A program made the translations under genes and the position numbers. Below are positions 9,966 to 17,110 of a stretch of 20,000 bases of DNA, piece after piece. The notes beneath the pieces are model-generated. The model ran no database searches. It had not been told where the DNA came from and saw only the letters and a program-made list of their open reading frames with translations. Origin of the DNA: Trichomonas gallinae (Eukaryota); assembly GCA_008369845.1 (NCBI GenBank), contig MRSU01011496.1, positions 45,667 through 65,666 of the forward strand, written 5' to 3'. Position 1 is the first letter of the stretch. Each line of letters opens with the position of its first letter.

Positions 9966-11327
9966 ATGAATATAGATGAGGATCCAGCAATTTTACTGCA
10001 GCAACTAGGAACGAAGATCATCCAATTTCAGCAGGTTCCTACGCAGTTTCCTGTTTTGCTACAATCTTTTTCTGAAAAGCTTCTCAGAAGCTCATCAAAG
10101 AATGATCCAAATCCTGTCAAAATCACTGAGGATTATCAAGGATCAGTATACATATTGTCAAAGCTAGCTATATCATCTCACGATGTAATACCACCAGAAG
10201 TGTTTTTCTTAATCTTTCGAACAATTGCAGCATTGAATTTGCATTTCTTCAGTGTTTCAAAGCATGAATTTAGCAAATTTGTTGCCGAGTTCCCAATTTC
10301 CTTTGTAGATCCGTTAATGGATTCACTTGTTTCACATTTTTTCTCACTTCCAGATAATTCGAAAATTTCTATTGTATCTATGGCTGCACTTTTGTTATTC
10401 ATATACTTCAGTGATAACCCAGATGACAATCCTTTTATAACAAAAATCAAAAAATATACAGAACCAAAATTCGATCAAATTTTCAATTCATTAACAATGC
10501 ATTTAAATTCAACACCAGCGATTCTTCTGTTCTATACATTCATTATACAAAATCATGAGTTTAAAAACTTCGTTTTATCAAAATCTGATGTTAATTGGAT
10601 TTTCAACTTGCTCCCTTCCGTACATAAACAGAAAGATCCTGCATTAGAACTCAAATTAAATCTATTGCTAATATTTACTAAGGATTCTTCCTTCTTATTT
10701 TCAATTTCATCTCAAAAATCTGCCGTCCCAAAGATGCTACGCGAATTATTCACATTTGTTAGACATTTTCTCAAAGAAGAACAACATCATCCATCAATTA
10801 CTTCTGCTTTATCGATTAGCATTAATTTATCAAGAAAACTTTCAGATTTCGATTCGGATACAGGCGAACTCTTAATAGGTTTGATCAGAGTTCTTCAGGT
10901 TTCGAAGATTGGACACAGAGCTGTAGAATATCTTAAATTAATAACGATGTTCCTTGAAAGTGTTCTTGTTCATCGTCTTAGCAACAATGTTGAACTCTTA
11001 TACGCAGTTATGCGTTCTTCTGATGTTGTTAAGAAACTTTCCTTCATTAAAGATAATTGCGATGATCCTGAGGATGTTCAGAGAATGATTACGAATATTG
11101 AAATCATTATAAACCATTTCAATCAGAAAGTAGTCGAAATGGGCGACAAAGTTAATGATTACGATCATATGCTAAATTATTTGACCCAATTTGTCAATGA
11201 ATGGCAGCCAACACAATTAATTGTAAGAGACCTTCCGCCTGTCTTTGATTATCTTTCCAATGATACAAAAACATCCTTGAAATACTTCAGAGTTATTTTG
11301 TTGAACGATTTTAATGGTATACTTTAA
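9966..11327 (+). CDS. Dymeclin-like (Dymeclin/HID-1 family) helical protein, likely Golgi-associated (453 aa)
   Basis: C-terminal FLESVLVHRLSNNVELLYAVMR...DVQRMITNIEIIINHFNQKV...LPPVFDY parallels, from memory, the dymeclin motif IINSCL...L..NPNLVYALL...DIMQNI..VI.FF...L.FKY. Leu-rich helical composition. Confidence 0.72.
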   Translation: MNIDEDPAILLQQLGTKIIQFQQVPTQFPVLLQSFSEKLLRSSSKNDPNPVKITEDYQGSVYILSKLAISSHDVIPPEVFFLIFRTIAALNLHFFSVSKHEFSKFVAEFPISFVDPLMDSLVSHFFSLPDNSKISIVSMAALLLFIYFSDNPDDNPFITKIKKYTEPKFDQIFNSLTMHLNSTPAILLFYTFIIQNHEFKNFVLSKSDVNWIFNLLPSVHKQKDPALELKLNLLLIFTKDSSFLFSISSQKSAVPKMLRELFTFVRHFLKEEQHHPSITSALSISINLSRKLSDFDSDTGELLIGLIRVLQVSKIGHRAVEYLKLITMFLESVLVHRLSNNVELLYAVMRSSDVVKKLSFIKDNCDDPEDVQRMITNIEIIINHFNQKVVEMGDKVNDYDHMLNYLTQFVNEWQPTQLIVRDLPPVFDYLSNDTKTSLKYFRVILLNDFNGIL

Positions 11328-11911
11328 TTATATTGTGTATATAGTAAAATATTGTATTTGTTGCGTGGATATTAAACTATTTTCAGATTATCAATTTCTA
11401 TTTCGCTAATAATACGCATTAATTACATTATATGGTTTCCTGAAATGAGTAGATAACAATAAAAGCAGGAAATTTCATAAGTTGATGAACAATAAATTTC
11501 AAAATTCTTTGGATGATTATGCAATGTGTTAAACTATTACAATATATTCTAATTAAACAGAAAATTCGATATGTAATACAAAAATTTATGATTTTCTCTT
11601 ATTATTACCAAGATATCGAATTTTTGCAATAAATTCCTGTTTTTCTTTGAACAATCTCTTTAATATAAACTTGTATATCTAGACTATAAACATTTAGCAA
11701 AGTTTTTGTCAAATTGCTATTTATCTAATTCGATATATTATTACTTTATGAATTTCGTGATATTATCGATATATTCGTATGATATTCAAGCTTCTCGTTT
11801 TCCTATGATGGTTGATGATATGCAATTTAATATTCCGCCATGTAAATTATTTATATGACAAAATACTAATAAAAAAGGGGGATAATAGAAAATAACAGGG
11901 GTGATTTTATA

Positions 11912-12673
11912 ATGATTTTTTTTGTTTTATGTTTAGAACAAGTTTTGTTACAGGATGTTCCTTCAGAAACCAATGCAACCATTGATTTCTACTTCAGCAA
12001 TATTACAAATACCCTTAAAACAGACATAATACCGTTAGATCTCAAACTCAACAATTCAAAAATTCTGTTAATTAGCGATTTTCACCTGGGAAAGAAAGGA
12101 AATATCGAACAGGATATAAAATATATGTTAGAAGAAATGAAAAGACTTTTTGTTATTGAAAAACCGGATTATATCTTTATTCTTGGAGATATGATAGATG
12201 GTGTGTGCCCAACACCTGCATATTCATATTATTCATTAGTTAAGAATCTACAATACATGTATAAATATTTTAATATTATTGGTGGAAATCACGACAGACA
12301 TCTTGCTGAAGCTATTAAAGCAAACGCAAACTTTTCTAAGTTTATTAATATTATCACAGATCCATACATTATCTTACCAACAAAACCAAAAATATATTTG
12401 GCGCACGATTTGCTTCATAATCTTCGTGTTCGTGACTCTGTTGTATATAATTATGTTGATCACTTAAGATCTCTCATTAAGCAGATTGAGCCTGATGATT
12501 ACTTCTTGATTGGACACGCACACACTCAAATTTCAACACACAATGACAAAACGTTCTGTATTGGTCAGTTTTCAACAATATTCAATAAAACGGAATACAC
12601 AACAATAATAACGCGGAATAACAAACCTTTTATCTCTTTGAATAAATTACCAAACAAAAATGAAGAACTCTGA
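11912..12673 (+). CDS. Calcineurin-like metallophosphoesterase (253 aa), possible N-terminal signal/anchor
   Basis: All five motifs in order: ISDFHLG, LGDMID, GNHD, LAHD, GHAH. Hydrophobic N-terminus MIFFVLCLEQVLL. Confidence 0.92.
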   Translation: MIFFVLCLEQVLLQDVPSETNATIDFYFSNITNTLKTDIIPLDLKLNNSKILLISDFHLGKKGNIEQDIKYMLEEMKRLFVIEKPDYIFILGDMIDGVCPTPAYSYYSLVKNLQYMYKYFNIIGGNHDRHLAEAIKANANFSKFINIITDPYIILPTKPKIYLAHDLLHNLRVRDSVVYNYVDHLRSLIKQIEPDDYFLIGHAHTQISTHNDKTFCIGQFSTIFNKTEYTTIITRNNKPFISLNKLPNKNEEL

Positions 12674-13069
12674 TGTAAATTATTAAAATAGAACATGGAA
12701 AAATATCCAATCCAAAGATTATTTGGGAAAATGAAGTGTTTTTCGAAATAATATTCTTAAATATTATCAAAATCTACATTGAAATGGCTATATAGAGCCA
12801 GTTTTCTCCGGTATAAAATCAAACAATTTTATTTGCAATAAAAGTAATTCAAATCGAATGAAATATTAAATTTTTGCTAAATTGTTTAGCAAACATGGAT
12901 TCACACATAAAAAACACTTTACAACATCGTATTCAAATGTTTTTGTTTTCCGTTTACAACATATTAATGACTACAGCACAAAATAAACACTTTTTTTTGA
13001 TATTTCAAAAATATAATTCAAATATAATAAATTATAACAATTTAAGTTACGTATGAAGATGTACAACAA

Positions 13070-14314
13070 TTATAGGTCTGTGAGAGCTTGGAGTCTTGTT
13101 CTCATTGTCGGTGGTGACGAGTAAAGTGATGCAATTTCGGTAAGAAGATACTGCATATGAGTCTGACCATTTTTAGATTGCTCACGGACTCGGCCTGAGA
13201 TTTTCTTCTTTTGTTTCTTAACAAAATGATAAAATTCATCTCTCTTCTTCGAATTGCGAACCATGAGGTTATATTCGTGCGTATCTGTTCTTAACACGAA
13301 TGCCTTATCCGCGTAATCGTTGAAAATTGTTGCCTGGATTCTGCATTGTTGGATTGGAATTGCATCAACGAACTGGATCTTTTGAGACCCGAAGATACCA
13401 GCCTTTCCTTGGATAGTAAGGAGTAGTATATCATTAAAAACGTAGACGAGGCCTTCGCTGGCAACTTTGCCTGTAGTTTGGTCAAGATGCTTAATTGTGA
13501 CTTGGCCAAGGAGCTTCCTACCAGGCTTCATGATTGCCAAGAATGTTGGCTTTTTGAGAACAGTTTCTGAAATGTTAAGTAATGCTTCTTGGTCTTTTTC
13601 GTCGACTTTCGCTTGATTCATCGAAGCGCCGAGCGCAACGATCTTGTCTAAGATATCCTTATAAAGATGATGAAGATCAGCCATTGTATCTGGGAAGTAT
13701 TTCAAAATGCGCTCAAATAAGCAGCGGTAGCCAGCAATTCTTTGAACTGGAAGGATGAGGAAGTCCTCAAGCGATCTGCACTTTGAGCGCGGATTGAAGA
13801 TGCATTTAGCTACAAACTCGCGGAAAGGTTTATATTTATTGCATTTATCGATAATTGACTCGGATTGGTCGTGAGTTTGAAGATATGACATGTAAAGAGT
13901 GTTCATACGTGGACAAATTTCTAAAATTTTGCTTGCTAAGTATTCATATTTTTCTTTCGGCGGGAATGGCTTCTTTAAGTCAGGAAGTACTTCATCCATG
14001 GCTTTAAGCCAGCCCTCTTGATGAACCTCGCGAATCTGATCAATATTTCCGAACAACGAAGCCAATGAACCGGCATCGATGAGCGGCTTTTTTTTATTGA
14101 TAGATTGATTTAATGGTCTGTAGTATACATCATCGAGTGCGCTAAGTCCTTCAACGAAATTGCGTTCAGTTTGAATTAACTCCAAAAAAATTGATCTTCG
14201 TTTTGAGTCTTTAACTTCTCTGTGCGCGTTGATGACGGGCATTATAGCCGTCCTAATGATTTTGTAGGCACGGGCTTCAGACATAAAAGGATTTAGTGGG
14301 CGAACACGCGTCAT
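13070..14314 (-). CDS. Dbl-family RhoGEF (DH plus PH domain); probable start is the ATG at 14314 (MTRVRP...)
   Basis: DH motifs IFLELIQTERNFVEGL, LFGNIDQIREVH and LEDFLILPVQRIAGYRCLFERILK; PH-like VYVFNDILLL...RDEFYHFV. The ORF-track start at 14401 is a non-ATG codon in AT-rich sequence. Confidence 0.93.
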   Translation of the reverse strand: MTRVRPLNPFMSEARAYKIIRTAIMPVINAHREVKDSKRRSIFLELIQTERNFVEGLSALDDVYYRPLNQSINKKKPLIDAGSLASLFGNIDQIREVHQEGWLKAMDEVLPDLKKPFPPKEKYEYLASKILEICPRMNTLYMSYLQTHDQSESIIDKCNKYKPFREFVAKCIFNPRSKCRSLEDFLILPVQRIAGYRCLFERILKYFPDTMADLHHLYKDILDKIVALGASMNQAKVDEKDQEALLNISETVLKKPTFLAIMKPGRKLLGQVTIKHLDQTTGKVASEGLVYVFNDILLLTIQGKAGIFGSQKIQFVDAIPIQQCRIQATIFNDYADKAFVLRTDTHEYNLMVRNSKKRDEFYHFVKKQKKKISGRVREQSKNGQTHMQYLLTEIASLYSSPPTMRTRLQALTDL

Positions 14315-14336
14315 CGAAAAAAAAATAAATAAATCT

Positions 14337-14345
14337 AAAAGTGAC
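14337..14345 (-). promoter_or_regulatory. Candidate Inr (TCACTT on the sense strand) about 25-30 nt upstream of the RhoGEF ATG; reads AAAAGTGAC on the + strand
   Basis: Matches the trichomonad Inr pattern TCAYW. The opposite strand matches the AAAGTGAC core-promoter motif I recall for T. vaginalis. Confidence 0.5.
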
Positions 14346-14443
14346 GATTTTCCTAATTTTGGTTCTAAAAATAGTTTTAGAGGCCATTTATTATTATTCA
14401 CTAAAAAACTTGAAAAATCGGATAGAAAATTGTTTTAAAAGAG

Positions 14444-15000
14444 TTTTTCAAGTGTAATGATATGCTTTATACAGTATTTCTATGGTCACTAGGTGTTCTA
14501 TAGAACATATTGGAAACAGTATATTGATTATATCTTTTATATTTTAAATTTTCTGTTAATTTTTTGTTTTTCAAGTGTAATGATATGCTTTAAAGAGCAT
14601 TATTAAGACTATTAGATCATATGTAACATATATGAAATAGTTTATAGATTACAGCTTCTATGAATTTCATTTTCTGCAAATCTTTTTGTTTTTCAAGTGT
14701 AATTATATACTTTAAACAGAATTTCTGGGATTTTATAGCCTTTATAATATGCTTGAAATAGTTTAATGACTATAGCATTTATATATTTTTTTTTTCTCTA
14801 AATATTTTGTTTTTCAAGTGTAATTATATGTTTTAAACAGTATTTTTGTGGATATTTGATCCAATATTGCATATTTGAAATAGCTTATTGATCATAGCTT
14901 AATTTTCGGTAATTTCTTCAAGTGTAATGATATGTTTTGAACAGTAGTTTTGGTGTTAATAGATCATATGTAACATATTTGAAATATTCAATAATATAGT
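14444..15000 (+). repeat. Degenerate ~122-bp tandem array, 5 copies, with near-invariant core TTCAAGTGTAATKATAT
   Basis: TCAAGTGTAAT at 14448, 14571, 14693, 14814 and 14918 (spacings 123, 122, 121, 104). Units 2 and 5 share TAGATCATATGTAACATAT at the same offset (14613, 14960). Confidence 0.93.
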
Positions 15001-15022
15001 ATTTTATAAAAACACAAACAAA

Positions 15023-16420
15023 TTATATATTCGATAAGAAATTCTTGAGAACTTCATATGGAACTTTGCATTTTTCAACAAGTTTTGGTGGAATATTGTT
15101 AATTGTTTGATATTCCATTACAAAATGAAGTGGAGCATCAATTAATTGAACGTTTGAGAAAATAAAGAGAATTTTCCACATGAATGGTATGCATTCACGA
15201 ACATCCTTATGATCAATTGATTTCTTGAGTAATTTAGCAAGAACACCTGAGAGAATTAGGTCAATCAAATAATACTGATTAGCAATATCATTTGGAACTG
15301 TATGATACATAGCAGTATAAAGAGTATCAACGGCGACATCGCAGATACTTTTATCGAACTGAAAGATATCAATCGGATTTTTGAAATTATTGCATTTCGC
15401 GAGTTTCTTTGGAATTCCTAAATCTTTGAGTGTTATATTGCGCAAAGATACAAGATATTGGTTCAATTTGTCATTTGTATGAGTTTTGTAAAAATCTTCA
15501 AAAATATGAAGCTTGTTGAACCAATATCGTGATGATAGCTCTTTAATTAGATGCTTAAATTCATCACTATTGAGTTTTGTGATCTCGCACATTCCAATAA
15601 CGGAATATTCTATTAATTTATCGATTGGATCAGTTTTTGCGCGTTTTTTCAATTCAAATCTACTATTAAGTAGTGTAATAAACGTTCCGAAATATTCTGT
15701 CTCAGGCAAATAATTCGTTAAAGGATCTCGATAAAATTGATTTGCCATTATCTGAGTTTTGATGAAATTAAGTCTTTCAGATGGCTGCAAAGCAAGCTTA
15801 GGCGTGTAAACTTGCATCACTTTTACATCGGATAAAAAGACTTCAAGAGCTTTGATTTTTAGAAGATCTTCAATCATATAATTCGAGTTAGCTTGAACTA
15901 ATGAGTGTATTCTTGATCTGTTAAAGACCATTGAACGCGGATATTTCTTGAGATAATTTGCTAATTCGATTAGTTTCATTATCTTTGCCCTAGATTGCAA
16001 GTACTTGCATATTATATGCTCATAGTAACGTTTTTCTAGTTTTGTTTTCTTTTGGAATAAAATTACTTGATATCTCCACGCATCACCGTTAACAGCGACG
16101 TATTTTCTTGTTTTTGCAGTCAAATTTCTCTGAAAACATTGACTGAGCTCAGTTTGCGCCTTTGTTAGCTTTGCATTTATTTCCTCAAGAACTTTATTGC
16201 ATAATGTAAGTGTGCTGTTGTAATTAGATACAAATTTTTTGTATGCAAATACAGGATCTTCATATGAGGGCCAATTTATTTTAATTGTGTAAAATTCCAT
16301 ATCTTGAAATTGATATTTTTTCGGGATTTCAGATGATAAATTCACCTGCTGCTCATCATAGAGCTCCTCTGGATTCTCATCTTCCTGGTGCAAAGCTGCT
16401 GGATCCTCAGCAGAATCCAT
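15023..16420 (-). CDS. Hypothetical protein (465 aa) with a divergent VPS9-like C-terminal region
   Basis: Long ATG-initiated ORF. Residues ~298-465 (RYWFNKLH...DKLNQYLVSLRNITLKDLGIP...AVDTL...VPNDIA...IPFMWKILFIFSNV...LHFVMEY) follow the helical-bundle plus VPS9 pattern. The ORF is secure; the domain call is tentative. Confidence 0.75.
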   Translation of the reverse strand: MDSAEDPAALHQEDENPEELYDEQQVNLSSEIPKKYQFQDMEFYTIKINWPSYEDPVFAYKKFVSNYNSTLTLCNKVLEEINAKLTKAQTELSQCFQRNLTAKTRKYVAVNGDAWRYQVILFQKKTKLEKRYYEHIICKYLQSRAKIMKLIELANYLKKYPRSMVFNRSRIHSLVQANSNYMIEDLLKIKALEVFLSDVKVMQVYTPKLALQPSERLNFIKTQIMANQFYRDPLTNYLPETEYFGTFITLLNSRFELKKRAKTDPIDKLIEYSVIGMCEITKLNSDEFKHLIKELSSRYWFNKLHIFEDFYKTHTNDKLNQYLVSLRNITLKDLGIPKKLAKCNNFKNPIDIFQFDKSICDVAVDTLYTAMYHTVPNDIANQYYLIDLILSGVLAKLLKKSIDHKDVRECIPFMWKILFIFSNVQLIDAPLHFVMEYQTINNIPPKLVEKCKVPYEVLKNFLSNI

Positions 16421-16937
16421 TCCCAGTCTGTCAAAAATGCGTCAAATTTCAAAAAAATTACGGGGGTGAAAATTCCACAAAATCATAAGTTTTCATATGA
16501 TGATTATTTTCATTTTAAATTTGCATTAGATTTGAATCCAAAATAATCGTTCGTCGATACCTTTGTTACGTGCATAAGAGCAATTAATTTTCTAATAGAA
16601 TACTACTATTAACTAAACTATGCGGCAGATCTAAAACAATTGTTTATTTTTGAATCAGAATACAATCGGCTTCCTAAAATCTCTAATTTCGCATGCAATC
16701 CAACATTATTCCAAACTGCATTTTCATTAGTGTATGATTACTATTATCGTTATATCCTAGAAACATAAATAACCAATTTGCATTTCAATATATTTTTCAT
16801 ATAATCAAGAATATCATATTGTTTATATGGTAAAAAGTGAATATATGTGTATTGTGATTCTGATCTTAATTTACATATATCCAGAATTCTTTATTTTTTC
16901 ATCAAGTATTAAACCATATTGATATCATTGCAATAGA

Positions 16938-17110
16938 AAAAGATTTAAGCCAATAATACCTTTGTTATGGAAAAGATTTATACTGATAAAGTATTTGTTA
17001 TAACAAAATAATTAAGCTAATGATATCTTTGTTATAGTAAAAGAATTAAACTGATGATAGTAATTAGCAAAAGAATTAAGTTGAGTATAATAGTGAAATA
17101 AAAAAGATTT
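16938..17110 (+). repeat. Degenerate ~33-bp tandem repeat (about 5 copies) directly downstream of the Vps51 stop
   Basis: AAAAKAWTTA units at 16938, 16971, 17005, 17039 and 17069, with a partial one at 17102. The first three also share TTTGTTAT. Confidence 0.75.

Noticed and set aside
11461..11644. Possible MITE bounded by AAAAGCAGGAAATTT / AAATTCCTGTTTTT
   Set aside because: Short imperfect match in very AT-rich DNA with no clear target-site duplication.
14315..14401. 29-aa N-terminal extension of the RhoGEF in the ORF track
   Set aside because: Begins at a non-ATG codon and spans an Inr-like element and T-rich leader; the ATG at 14314 is more plausible.
14444..15000. CRISPR array
   Set aside because: The 'spacers' are ~100 bp and homologous to each other, the core is not palindromic, there are no cas genes and the context is eukaryotic. 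It is a tandem repeat.
16497..16503. Box C-like ATGATGA (also near 19628) as a C/D snoRNA
   Set aside because: No box D (CTGA) at a suitable distance and no terminal stem seen.
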